A stretch of 64,000 bases of DNA from the human T2T-CHM13v2.0 reference genome, Homo sapiens. The notes under the pieces are model-generated. The model saw only the letters and a program-made list of their open reading frames with translations. It searched no databases and had not been told where the DNA came from. The stretch lies in the NCBI RefSeq assembly GCF_009914755.1, contig NC_060929.1, one strand, 5' to 3'. Both the position numbers and the translations under genes were made by a program. This document shows positions 50,778 through 63,143 of this stretch, in pieces (the first letter of the stretch is position 1; each line of letters opens with the position of its first letter).

Positions 50778-50823
50778 ATTGCAATCTTTGCCATTATTTT
50801 CAATTACTTTTGCACCAACCTAA
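50778..50823. mobile_element. Truncated MADE1 / Hsmar1 TIR in the MSTA 3' end
   Basis: attgcaatctttgccatta..caattacttttgcaccaacctaa interrupts the LTR motif tttatagca. Confidence 0.85.
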
Positions 50824-53800
50824 ATAGCAGTGTGAGAATAGACTAATACACAGCCCAGTGTTTCAAAGGACCCTGAATAAGTGGCCTCTGAAGATAACTG
50901 CTTTTAACAATACATTGAGGGTAACTCATTCAGCATTTCTGAAGCCATCAGAGTGTCTTTCAATCAGAGGCAAGGCATTTAGGCCTTTCAGGCTTAAAAT
51001 TACCAGTTTGAAATTAGCCAACAAAAATTAATAAATGCAATGAACTATGCCCAACTACAGAATATAAACAGAAAGATACTGGCACAAGACATTAAACCAC
51101 TCATACTCATTCTATCTTTTCAGATGCAAAGAGCTAGAAAGAATCAGAGGACTAGGAAATGCCACAGAAACCTCCATTGATCACATGGTTCTGTCATATG
51201 AAAGAGAAAGCAAAATAGAAAACTTCACATTTATGAAGATTAGGAAACACATGTATACATACATATAGTTCATGAGGCAGTGTAAAATGAGGAAATCTAT
51301 TTTTTCTACTTGGATAGAACTGGTAGAGTTTGGCACAATTCCACTTTAAAAAATAAAGTATTCAGTATTCCTTGTGTAAGGTGTTGCCAGAAGAAGAAAT
51401 TTGCTGAGAAAAAAATTCATCCTTTCTTTGCAAGGAAGATCTTAGGACAGTGGCATCAACATGAGACACTGCATTGACAATGCTTTTGCATTCTGCTTTG
51501 ATTTCTTTTTGGAAGTTGGTAGAGGTAAATCACAATTTATTTTTAATAATATGAAACTGTGAAAGTTAAGTATGGATAATGACAAGGAAAAGTATTTAAT
51601 TCTGTCTTTATACCTGGACTTGAAAAAGAACAGTAACCATTCTAGCCATTTAATGGAATTTCTAAACCATATTATCCTTCCCCAGAAATGGACATCAAGT
51701 TCTATGGATCAAAAAGCTGTAGCTGACCTTAGACTCCAAAAAGAACCCAGTAGGCTGGACTTAAGCATGCTGGAGGATGTTCACATTCTTAAGTCAGGGT
51801 TATCGTAAGTTATTTCCTGCATTTCATCATAACTGGTCACATGTGGCCACTTGTCAGATCTGGGACAAGCATTTCCAAAAGCAAATAAAAGTGTGTATTT
51901 TTTTCATCTTTCTAAACAGCTCTGAGTTCAGATCCTGTCAAGGTTACCTTCCTATGATTCGTGAAGATGTCATCCTAAAATATAAAAGGAAAGTACATTG
52001 GTAAAAAGTCAACCTTTGAATTTTGTGCTTGGAGTCTTTAGGAGTCACTGATTAGACTACAAACACCCTTGTCAGCTCTATTCTTTTAGGTCTCATCAGG
52101 ACTTTCTTGGCCACCAGCACACAGCAAAGCTCGGAGGGACCGGGACCCATGTTTAGTACCAAGGTGGTAGGTTGCGATGACGGCAAGTAGACACCACAAG
52201 AAGCTGAAAGGGAATTCAGGGTAATATAACCTCTTTGGAATTTCAAGAGAATGAAGAACAAAATTTGTCTTTTCAGAGGGCTGAGATTTAAAAACCACCC
52301 TGTCAATGACTCCTGAAAAACCAAGAGAAGTTTGGATAAAACTCCTAGTGATTAGTTCCCCAACTGCTTATACCAGGTAAGAAATGATAGCTCTTCAGAG
52401 CTCCCTTTCCATATCTAAAGAACTTGAATTGTTCTTTGAGGCAATTTGAGGCCACTGTCCCAGTGGAAAGCTTATTTTCAAATTGTGTAGCGTGCTACTA
52501 TATCAGACTCTGAAACACTGCATGTGCTAAAGTAAGTCAGAGATGCCTAGTCAGATTAGGAAAAAAATATTGTAGGCAGGCAACCAGACAAATTTGGCAA
52601 GAAAGGATGTCAGGGGGATTTCCAAAGTCTCCTAACTGAGGGACAATGGTAGTGACTATGAATAATTCAGAGTGAGTTAACGAAGAGGATCCACCAATTT
52701 CAGAAACTATATAATATTTTTGAAGAAAAAGAGAGTTTAAGGACTATGAAAACACATGTCAAGAAATATTATTCTTCTTTTAATTGTTTTCAACAAGAAG
52801 GTCCCCCTTAAATATCAATTCTGCCATGAAGAAAAATAAAGGAAAAGCTGTTTCATAGAAAAACTCTCCTCCTGGCAAGATCTTACCACAGATGTTTTTC
52901 AGATCTTTAAAGATGGATTATTAATGGTTTAGCTCTCCACTACATTATAAAGCATTTTTCAAAGGTTTGTTCTATCTCTGTTTACACTATCTGATAATAA
53001 TAAAGCAGAGTTCGTTTTTAGCCAATGAAAATGACTCTTCACAAGGCTGTACATTTGTTTGAACCCAGACAAGCCACAAAAAGTACAAACTCTTCTGCAT
53101 GTTCAAAGTTCTCGAAACACACATGCCTAATACCACCAACAACAAAGACAGGAACCGCGGACCAGTTCTCCAGTCCCAGCCTCAATTTTTTGAGTAACTG
53201 CTTCACCATGTAGAGACCTTGCTCTGATCCATCTCTGCATCAGAGAGAAAAGAAAGAAAAGAAAAACGTACACTCCTATTTTCATCACTAAGACAGGCCC
53301 TTTCCTTTCTCTGTGTGAAAACATTAAGAGTTTATGGTTGCCTGGAGAAAATTTACAATCTGGCCCCACAACCTCATGTGACTTTTTATAGAACAAGGAA
53401 GTACGGGAGCCTATATGCAACAGTGACAATGTGCTATGGCCGCTCAGTGTTGGCCACAACAGCTTCAGTTACTGAAAACTCTGACCAACAGGGGAAATGT
53501 ACAAGGAGGCTATCAGGCATTAGCTGTGGGAGAAGAAAACAAGTTCCCCTCGGGGCACAAAGAGAAAGCAACTGTTATGGCAGGTCAAGGCCTAGAGCTG
53601 AAAAAAAAGGAAATACAATTACAAAACCAGATGCAAGGCAGCAGAAGGGTCTGGATTTCTCTTTCAGCTGGTGAATCTACATATGGCTATAACCTTGCTG
53701 ACCTCTCTGGTCATCAAACCACAGCAGAAGGAGTGCCCCAGATGATGAAGAAATATTATAGTGTTTGGAACACCTTACCTGTCCATAAAATGTTGATGTA

Positions 53801-53993
53801 TTTAAATATCTATATCCTGTGTGCTTATCATTTGTGTTCTTCTTGTGTGTTACAAGTGACTAGATTTTCTCCAAAAAATTCTATAAACCAGGCCCTAAAC
53901 TGACATTATCTTAGCTTGTGTTTTCTTTAGCTATTTCTACACAGTGAAAGACAGGGCTGATTCTTCTTTCCAATGAATGAAAAAAATAAATTA

Positions 53994-54288
53994 GGCCAGG
54001 TGTGGTGGCTCACACCTGTAATCCCAGCAGTTTGGGAGGCTAAGAAGGGCAGACTGTTTGAGCCCAGGAGTTCAAAACCAGCCTGGGCAACAGGGTGGAA
54101 CCCCACTCTACAAAAAATAGAAAAATTAGTTGAGCATGGTGGCAGGTACCTGTAGTCCCAGCTACTCGGGAGACTGAGGTGGGAGGATCACTTGAGCCCA
54201 GGAGGCCAAGGCTGCAGTGAGCCATGATTGTACCACTGTACTCTGGCCTAGGTGACAGAGTGAGACCTTGCCTCAAAGAAAAAAAAAA
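53994..54288 (+). mobile_element. AluJ, full length
   Basis: ttgagcccaggagttc..gcctgggcaaca; gggaggatcacttgagcccaggagg..aggctgcagtgagccatgat. Confidence 0.95.
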
Positions 54289-54669
54289 GTATATCTTCCA
54301 AATGATATTATGTAAGATGTCCTTAAGTATAGTATATAGGAATGTAGTTTAGAACTTCTCTCCCGGAGAGCTGGGGTTCAGGGTGGGCCTGCAGGCCTCC
54401 TAGCTTCTCTTTTAAGTATTTTAGGAGGTGAAGTAGACTGTTTTGGGGAAGAATCACTTTCTGAAAAAGGTACCCAGTGTCCTTTGGCTATTCCCTCATA
54501 ACCCTGCCCAGTCTGAGCTGGTCCTCTCTTTGTCTAGACACCTGACAATTCCAGGGCTCAGAAATGAGAACATAAAAGACAGTTTAAGAAAGATAATATG
54601 TTAGAAGGACAAAGGAGGCTGTCCTACATAACGGAAATAAGTGAAGTTAAAAATCAAACTAGAAGCGCC

Positions 54670-55192
54670 CTATGGCAGATTAAAGATGGCCACAAATTCT
54701 TTAACACTCTTCCTTTTGAAAGATGGGGTCTATTTCCCCTCCTTTTGAATCTGAGCTTGCTTGTAACTGCTTTGATGCATGCAGTGTGGCCGAAATGACA
54801 CTCTGCCCTCTGGGCGTTAACTCTAAGAGAACTGGCAGTCTCCACCTTGGTCTCTGGGAGCTTTGAGCCGCCACAGCTCTGACTGCCTTGCTCAAGAGAT
54901 CATACGGAGAGGCCCTGAGACTATATGGAGAAGGGGCCAGCTGAGCCCCCTTTCCCACCATCCCCATCAAGGCAGCAGGCACAGAACCCTCCAGAGCAGC
55001 CTGGGCACCGGCTGAATACTTCTCCAGTAATGCCAGTGAAACCGTGTGGAGCAGAAGAATCCCCAGCTAAGCCCTGCCTGAATTCCTAATCCACAAAAGT
55101 ATGTCATATAAATAAATAATTTATTAAAATGGTTATTATTTTAAATCACTGGGTTTGGGGTAACTTGCATGCAGTAATAGATAACCAGTACA
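54670..55192 (+). mobile_element. MLT1H-like MaLR LTR
   Basis: tatggcagattaaagatggccacaaattcttt...ggagaggccctgagacta..gcagtaatagataaccagtaca. Confidence 0.85.
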
Positions 55193-55592
55193 CAGCCTCT
55201 GAGTAGAGTACATAATTTTTAGAACAAAATCTCCAATTGTGGAAAGTGTGATAAATTCCAAATTTTTGTGGTCAGTTAAAAAGAAGATTACATTCTAGGT
55301 GTGTATGTTCCACAACATGTATACAGAGAAGAGAAAAGCTAAGGAGAAAAGACATGAATCTCTTGCCTGCTGGCAAAGCTTCCCCAAACAGATATTCTTC
55401 CAAAGGCTGCATAGAAGCTGGATCATTGTAAATCTCTCCAACAAATATCTACTGAGTAACTGCTACAAGTACATCACTGTGTTAACCACTAAGGTTTTAA
55501 TAATGATAAAAATATAATTTCTGCCCTGGGAAATTTTTCTCTCTTGTGTACCATTAGCAAATTAATATGTAAATTTTAAAATTGGTTTAAAT

Positions 55593-55901
55593 CAGAGGTT
55601 GACAAACTTTTTCTGTAAAGAGCCAGAGAGTGAATGTTTCAGCTTTGTAGGCCAACTCTGCCAGTGTAGTGCAAAAACAACATTTTAGACAATACATAAA
55701 CAAATGAAAGCAATGGAATCCCAATAAAACTTTATTTGTGGATGCCAAAATTGGAATTTCACATGATTTTCATGTGTCTTGAAATATTATTCTTCTTTTA
55801 ATTGTTTTCAACAATTTGAAAATATAAAATTGGTCTTTAATACACAGGCTGTACAAGAGGCAGTGGGCTGAATTTGATCCTCAGGTATAGTTTGCCAACC
55901 T
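55593..55901. mobile_element. MER58B (hAT-Charlie)
   Basis: cagaggttgacaaactttttctgtaaagagccaga...ccaataaaactttattt...tagtttgccaacctct; TIRs at both ends. Confidence 0.85.
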
Positions 55902-57994
55902 CTTTTTAAAATTCTTATCAGATGGGCCTAAAGCAGGTAGAACTTGCAAAAAGTTAAAGAGCATTATCAGACGAATTTAATGTTCTGGATTGTCATGGAT
56001 ACAAATAACCTGCCTTCTATTTCCAGTATTCTCCATGCATAAGGAAGGGCATGAACTTATAGCCTGCAAGAGCAGCTTAGAGTTTTACCAGGGAGGAGCT
56101 CTGGGAAGCATCAAGACCCCAGAGGAGGGGAGGACTCAGCCCAAGGAAGGAGAGAAGGAACCATAGAGATGAGTGGGAGGGCACGTCTGCAAAGGCAGCC
56201 GGATGTTGTGCAAACATTCAGCAAGAAGCACTCAAAGAGCGAAAGTGGGACTTCATGGAGAAAGAACAGTGTGACAATATTTTTTAAAAATTTTCCCCCT
56301 TTGTAAATTCCTAGTGCCTTCGAGTAAAGCTGTTCATGGAGCATATTTAAGACATCTAGAGCCAAGTAAATTGGAAGCACAGAAATGAATACAGAAGAAA
56401 ATTTAGGACATCCTTTTTATTGAAAGGAGTTCATCAGGTTGCCACCTACCCTTCCTTTAAATTTTGCTATTCCACTTTATGCTGAAATAAGCTCATTTTG
56501 GCAAAAGACTTGCTAAAGACTTGATGCTTTGTATATTAATGTTTTGTATTTGCTTTGTTTTTATATAAAGAGCCTTCAAAAACTATTGTAAAAATTAAAA
56601 ATATATGCAATAGATCTCCACAGTAACAGTGCACAAACATGCACCCTGCCCCACACCATCCGCCAAGTACGATTATATGATTGCTTAAATGAGCTAACTC
56701 AGAAGAAAAAGGAAGTCTGAGACACACACATTTCTACGCTTTGTATTCAGAGATGATGTGTCTCCTGGTGTATATTCCCCCTGCATCCTTCTCATGCTTT
56801 CAACGTCATGAAGGTATAAAAGTGTACTCCCTATCACCAGGGTAGCAGCCGTGACCTACATTTTCTTCATGTTCTGATGCTGTTTGTGGCTTCCTCTTCC
56901 CTTCAGGCAGCGCATGATGTCTTTGTTCAAAGCACTCTTTCCAATAGCTGATGACTTAGTGTCAGGCAAGTCCACAGCTGTTTCAATCATTCTGTCCACA
57001 CAGACACCAAACAACAGGAATTAGGTATGCATGGAAACCAACCTAAGATAAGAGTAGTCTGCTCTGGGGAAAAAATAGAAAGTCATTTCACGATATACAG
57101 GCAACATTTTGTGTGATTTATTTGACATCAACTGGATGACTAATCGCTGTGGATTTCTTTTCACTCAGATCACATGATTCTTCTCTAGGGTCTCAATCAA
57201 CTATTTCCATTTTGCTTAACGTAAAAAAATCAGAAGCCTCCAACAGTCAACAGTACCATTTTTAAAGTAAATTTTGTACACCTCCCCCACTCCCCAATCA
57301 TGCCCTTTTTAATTACTGCTTTCGCTCTCATTAAAAGAATATAAGTTTAAAATTTCGAATGTGGATGTCAAGTTTTGCTGTTATCTTTAGTGTTGTTTTC
57401 TATATGAATGAGCCTAGCTTTCACACTATGGACACAGCCTGTTTAGACAAGAGCAGTGCTTATGTAATCATAGCTTCCCAAACCACAGCAACAGCACAAA
57501 TTTGGCAGCTAGAAGGAAGGAAGTGAGGGTGGGGAAGGGAAAAGGAAAGAAAGGGAGTTTCTGTTTCAATCAAAGATATATTTGGCTCATATTTCCACCT
57601 CTTTTAACTGAGATTCCAACTCTACAGGAGGTCCTCTCCACTCATCCCTCCATGCCTGACCTGAGGAGCAGCTTGGCTTTTCCCTCGCTAAGGGAAAAAC
57701 CTTTAGTACCTTCCTTCTCTACAAACATTAGAAACAGCTTAATCAAGTTGTCCTCAGGCAACAAGGATACTTCAGGCTTTCCAGGTATGACACAGCCTCT
57801 TCCCCTCCTATCTGCTAGCCAGCTAACAGCTCTTCCACTACTAGTGCTCTGCCAGTGTGCGTGACTGCCAAAGGCATCTCACTGGCCAAGTGGAAGGAAG
57901 CTTTCCTTCCAAGTCAAACATCCAGTCTTCAATGAATAAGCCCTATGTGCTGAAACATGCCTCTTTTCCCCAGTCACCTTACTCTTTAGGAAAC

Positions 57995-58504
57995 TGTGGT
58001 AGGCAAGTAAAGACTCCCCAAAATACTTATATTCATATCCTACTCCCTGGAACCTATGAATATGTTGGGTTACATGGAAAAAGGGAACCAAGATGGAATT
58101 GAGGTTTCTAATAAGCTGACTTTAGAATAGAGAGATCATCCTCCATTATCTGAGTGGGCACAACATAATCACAAGGGTTCTTAAAAGTGGAAGAGAAAGA
58201 CAGAAGAGAAGATCAAAGTGATACCATGTGAACAGAACTCAACCAGCCATTGCTGGCTTTGAAGATGGAGAAAGGGGACCATGAGGAAAGGAATGTGGGC
58301 AGCCTCTAAAAGTTGGAAAAAGCAAAGAAGAGGATTCTCCCCTAGAGCTTCCAGAAATGTACACAGCCCTGCTGATGCTTTGAGTTTAGCCCAGTAAGAC
58401 CTGTATCAGACTTCCTACCTGCAGAACTGTAAGACTATAAATTTGTGTTGCTTTAGCTACTAAGTTTGTGGTAATTGTTATAGTAGCAATTAAAAACTAA
58501 TACA
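57995..58504 (+). mobile_element. MLT1D MaLR solo LTR
   Basis: tgtggtaggc...ccctggaacctatgaatatgtt...ttgctggctttgaagatggag...actaataca; TSD gaaac/aaaac. Confidence 0.9.
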
Positions 58505-58733
58505 AAAACCATTGGTTCAAGGCAAGTCCATACTGCTTGGGAAGCCACCTTCCATTTATCAAAGACTCTCCATTGAGGCCCAGGTGCACAGCTCATTCCA
58601 TCTGGGCATGTGGTTCCAAGTCTCTCCATTGTACCCTGGAGATTGACACCAGACCACATCTGCACTGCCATTGCTTACATTTTTCTTTCATGTTGGTCTT
58701 CCCTAGAAATTTAAAGAATTACAGATCAAGAAA

Positions 58734-58903
58734 AGCTGGATGCAGTGTTGCACACCTGCAGTCCCAGCTACTTGGGACTTGGGAGGCTGAGGTGGGAGGA
58801 TTGTTTGAGCCCGAGAATTTGAGTCCAGCCTAGGCAACATAGCAAGACCTGATCTCTAAAACATAATTAAAACAAAAACAAAAACAAACAAACAAAAAAA
58901 ACA
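58734..58903 (+). mobile_element. FLAM_A-like Alu monomer with (AAAC)n tail
   Basis: cacctgcagtcccagctact..ggaggctgaggtgggaggattg..ccagcctaggcaacatagcaagacc. Confidence 0.85.
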
Positions 58904-59019
58904 AGCTCTAAGTGGCATGAAGTTCATGGCTTTGCCTCCATAAGAACTTGTCTTAATATGAAAATCTCTTTGTTTAGCAAAAGCATAAATGAGTTTTCCA
59001 GAAAACCAGCCCTTTACTA

Positions 59020-59290
59020 GTGATATAGTGCAGGGTGAAGGTCTAGACCCCAGGGCCTTCTGCTCTGAGAAGATCAGACTGCTCAGGTCCAGACAATCCT
59101 GGCTATTTCTCACAAGCTATAGGAGGAGACAAGTTATTTAACACCTTACTTCTCTATTTTCCCATGTGTAAAATGGGAAAGGTAATAATATCTACTACAT
59201 AGGGTAGTTGTAAGATGAAATAAGTTAATTCATATAAGAAGCTTAGAGCAGTACCTGGCACAGAGCAAGTCTCTTTGATCACCGTCATAC
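59020..59290 (+). mobile_element. MIR
   Basis: aagttatttaac..tgtaaaatggg..tacatagggtagttgtaagat..gcttagagcagtacctggcacag. Confidence 0.8.
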
Positions 59291-60579
59291 TTTGTCATGT
59301 CTTTGGTTCTCCCATCATCATGATTTTGCATATCCTGATAGCATCTGTTCTTGCCAAAGGTCTGACTTTCCAACACACACTTTCCAAAAGGAAATAAAAT
59401 GATGTACTTGTTTCCAGTGGCCATCCAAATGTAAAATCCATGTTTGGAAAACTTTGCAATGCTTCTTTTATACTTCTAAGTGCCCCTTGATTAAGGTTAA
59501 AGTAAGTTCCTCCAGTGGTTTTAAAGCATAGGTCACTCAAAATTAACTCCCATAAGCTATTTTACAAACTTCCTTTTGAGAAGTAATTCCTCAAAATGTA
59601 AAAGGCAGAATATTAGCTTCAAAAGTACGTGGAGTATTCATTAAAATGTAAACTATTGGGCTTTACTGAAGATTTAACGGAGGCCCACAAGTCTGAATAT
59701 TAACAAACATATTACATATAGCATGTGATTGTTATGCATACAAAGGTTAAGAATCATTGCCTTAACATATCTTTAGTTTAAAGCCTACCCTAATTTTATT
59801 ATACTAGATAGTTTGGCAGGTAAAAACAACTAAAAAAAAAGGCCAGGTTTAGCAGATTTGTACATCATTCTCTCATAAGATGTTTAAAGCAAATCAGCCA
59901 TTTACTTTCTCAAGAAAGAGAAATAGGAAGGCCTGGCATAGTAAAAAAAAGTGATTCACTAAAAGAGAAGTGCATTTATTATCTTCTCATAGCACAGACA
60001 CAACTGTATGTGTGTCTGTGTATATACATGTAAAATATATACACATATGGATATAGAACAAGTGAGTTTTATAATGCAGTCTTTGCAACACAATTATATG
60101 TGGTTTTCACAATGGACCTTCCATTATCAAAATCTAGATTCTAATATTGGAGTATTTGAAAAGAACCCACGTATGATAATAATATTGAAAATGCTACTTG
60201 TAACTGAATGCAATCCTTATTAACTTTCCTTTAACTTGTGATATAATTGACATACAATTATCAGCTCATAAAACGAAAAGAACATTGCCTCAGCATGTAT
60301 ATTGTGAAATAAAGGGATTACGTGTCAAAAATGTGCCAGGAATAGAAGGGTTGACATCATCTACAGCTTGGTGATGAGTTTTCCTTACAGATTTCCAAAA
60401 AAGGAAAAGCAAAACTATGTTTTGGGAGGCAACATCAAATATTTTTTAGTACTTTCTTCATCTTATTGGTTGTTTTATTTTCGTAGTGATAAATTAGTGT
60501 TCAACTCCAAATATTTAATGAAAATGTTTTATGGCACATATGTGTTCATGTGGCTATATTTTTCCCCCAAAGTGTGAAT

Positions 60580-60730
60580 AGTAGAGTATCTACATCAGAA
60601 TCTTCTTTTCTTTCTTTCAAACAAGTATCTCCAACCTTACCCTAAGCCTCTCATATTAGGGCCTAGAAACCCACATTTTTAGCAAGCTTGTCAGGTGATC
60701 CTTGCGCACATTTAATTTTGAGAACCACTT
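60580..60730. mobile_element. MER5-like fragment
   Basis: acatcagaatc...catttttagcaagcttgtcaggtgatcc..tttgagaaccact. Confidence 0.6.
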
Positions 60731-61242
60731 CTTTGAGAATATATAATGGAATTTAAATTTAATGATGTATTTTTTCTTATTTTTGAAGTATTTTTTAATT
60801 ATCTTAATGTTTTATCTAAACTCAATAAAAATTTCTCTTTACCTAAACTCAATAAACAGAAATCTAGCAAACTCATTCATAGGATATCCCACTTCACAAA
60901 AAATCATGACTAAAACTTTATAAGAATCAATTAATATTTGCCAAATAAATGAATAAACTAATTAATCAACACATGAGGAAATAAAATTCAGACGATGAGC
61001 TATGAATTCTTTGACTTGACAGAAAAATAAATCATTAAGTCTACATCATCTCTATTAAACTTGTACTCATAGGCCTAAGCAACACAGATTTATCTTAAAA
61101 CCTATATATCCCACTGATACATGCCCTTCATTTTCTCTTACTTGTCAAGGTGGGTGGGGGAAGGGGGCGGGAAGCATATTATTTATTCTCCAAAAACAGA
61201 AATTAATGGAATGTAAAATAAGTCAACAAAGTTTGAAATTTC

Positions 61243-61288
61243 TTGTTGTTGTTGTGGTGGTGGTGGTGGTGGTGGTGGTGGTGGTGGT
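61243..61288. repeat. (TTG)n(TGG)n trinucleotide repeat
   Basis: ttgttgttgttgtggtggtggtgg..., about 11 TGG units. Confidence 0.92.
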
Positions 61289-61659
61289 ATTATCTTTGTT
61301 TTGATTTTATGGATTTTTCCTGACACAGGTAGTATCACTCAAAAATTAGTTACCATCTGCATGAGTTCTTCTTCATGGAGGCCACGGTCTGTGTATGCTC
61401 AGGGGTTTGTTTTTGGCCCCATAACTCAAGAGTCTAGTTCACTGGCAATGCAGGTAGGAATCATCTGACTTGCTACTCCTCCCACGATATGTGTTTGTTC
61501 AAGTCTGTTTGAGAAATGATGTTTGCTTCCACTCAATGCCAACAGCAGTGCTGCAAGCATCTCAGCCTCTATCCACCGCCAAACAGGTGAGCAGGACTAT
61601 CTATAGCACTTCTCATTCGCATTAAGATGCCTGAGTCTGTGAATTATCTCTTTTACATT

Positions 61660-62210
61660 ATGAGTTTCCTATTTAAAACTATAAAGAAATATTTTTAAGT
61701 GGTAGAAAATTCATAACATGGAAATGTTTTTAAACATTGTGACATTACTTCATGTGCTTTTTACAATTACAAATACATTTTTAGTTATTATTCTCCTTTT
61801 TCACTTAACAATATATATAGCTATTTTTCATAGCTACATTTTAAAAATAACAGTATAATGTTCCTTCAAATAAGCAAAGCATAGTTTACCTAAATTTCCC
61901 CTATTTTTAGGCATTTATCTTGCTTCCAATGTTTTACTATTATAAATTATGTTTTGATAATTACCAATTATATTTTGATGAGTATTTGTGGTGTTTTCTA
62001 TATTTGGGGTTATTATCTTCGCACAGATTCCCAGTTCTGGGATTAATAAGGCAAAAGCAGAATACTTTTGTTGATTTTTTTGGAAAAGCTTACACCAGTT
62101 TATAGAACCCTAACAGAGGTAATAACATTCACTTTTTTTTCATCTTCCTTGTCAAAATTGGAAATACTTTGTCGTTTTTGCTAATTAAGTGAAGTCCCTT
62201 TGCTGCTACA
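61660..62210 (-). mobile_element. L1ME/MC 3' fragments
   Basis: ctttttcacttaacaatata..ccctatttttaggcattta.ttgcttccaat. Confidence 0.55.
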
Positions 62211-62454
62211 GTAATCTTCAGTACTTTGTTATTTTGTTCCCAAAGCACATTTATTGTAAAGCTTCTTGAAAGCTGGAACCAGGGAAGAACTGATGCACAA
62301 AACAATTGCAACCAGCCAGGGAAGAACGCCTGAGACTGGGACATAATGCAGAAAAAGGAAAAGGCCAACTGAGTGAAAACAGAATGGGTTCAGGGTAGGG
62401 AAGAGCTCTACAGGGGAGGTCACAGGGCTGGGACTGGAGAATAAGAATGAGAAC

Positions 62455-63110
62455 TCATAATTGTTGAACGCCTACTGTGTGCCAGCAACTATGCTAGATA
62501 ATTCACATTATATTATTTAATCCTTGCAATAGTCCTGTATGCTAGTATACTGGGTTAAATAGTATCCTCTTAAGATTACATGTCTATCCAGAACCTCAGA
62601 ATGTGAACCTATTTGGAAATAGAGTCTTTGTGGATGTAATTAGTTAAGATGTGACCACATTAGATTAGAGTGGACCATAAATCCAATGACTAATGTCCTT
62701 ATAAAAGGCCATGTGAAGACACACACAAAGAAGATCATGTAATAATAGAGTTAGAGAGTGGACTGGTGCAGCTATAAACCTAGGAACCTCAAGAACTGCT
62801 GGCAACTACCAGAAACTAGAAAGAGGCAGGAAAGGATCTTTCTCTAGAGCCTTCAAAAGGAGCAGGGTCCTGCTGACTGTTTGATTTTAGACTTCTAGCC
62901 CCCAGAACTATGAAAGAATACATTTCTGTCATTTTAAGCCACCCAGTTGGTGATAATGTGTGATGGCATCCTTAGGAAACTAATACAACTAAGTATTTAG
63001 TCATGGTCTTCAAATGAAAATACACTTCAGAGAGACTCAATAACCTCTAAGGATATGTAAGTGGCAGAACCAGGATTCAAACTAAAGCAGCCTGACTCCA
63101 ACTGTGTTCT
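62455..63110 (-). mobile_element. MIR split by MLT1C
   Basis: ttgttgaacgcctactgtgtgccag..tatttaatcct (62455-62545) resumes as gtaagtggcagaaccaggattcaaac..ctgactcca after 62990. Confidence 0.75.
62546..62987 (+). mobile_element. MLT1C MaLR solo LTR
   Basis: aacctcagaatgtgaacctatttggaaatagagtctttg...ttttaagccacccagtt..ggaaactaataca; TSD gctag/actaa. Confidence 0.88.
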
Positions 63111-63143
63111 TTCTTTCACATTTTGCTGTTTCATAGGAACCTT

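Larger units (their letters stand above)
50112..50850 (+). mobile_element. MSTA-type solo LTR with nested Alu and MADE1 fragment
   Basis: taatatggtttggatctgtgtcc ... gactaataca; TSD gagcc/cagcc. Confidence 0.9.
53779..61504 (-). other. Candidate spliced non-coding exons (61504-61354, 56991-56860, 53936-53779)
   Basis: AG/GT-bounded 130-160 nt segments in unique sequence on one strand; splice motifs only, no expression evidence. Confidence 0.3.

Noticed and set aside
53127-53903. ORFs of 110-155 aa as protein-coding genes
   Set aside because: Overlapping on both strands, no recognisable family, and they cross apparent splice signals and poly-A runs
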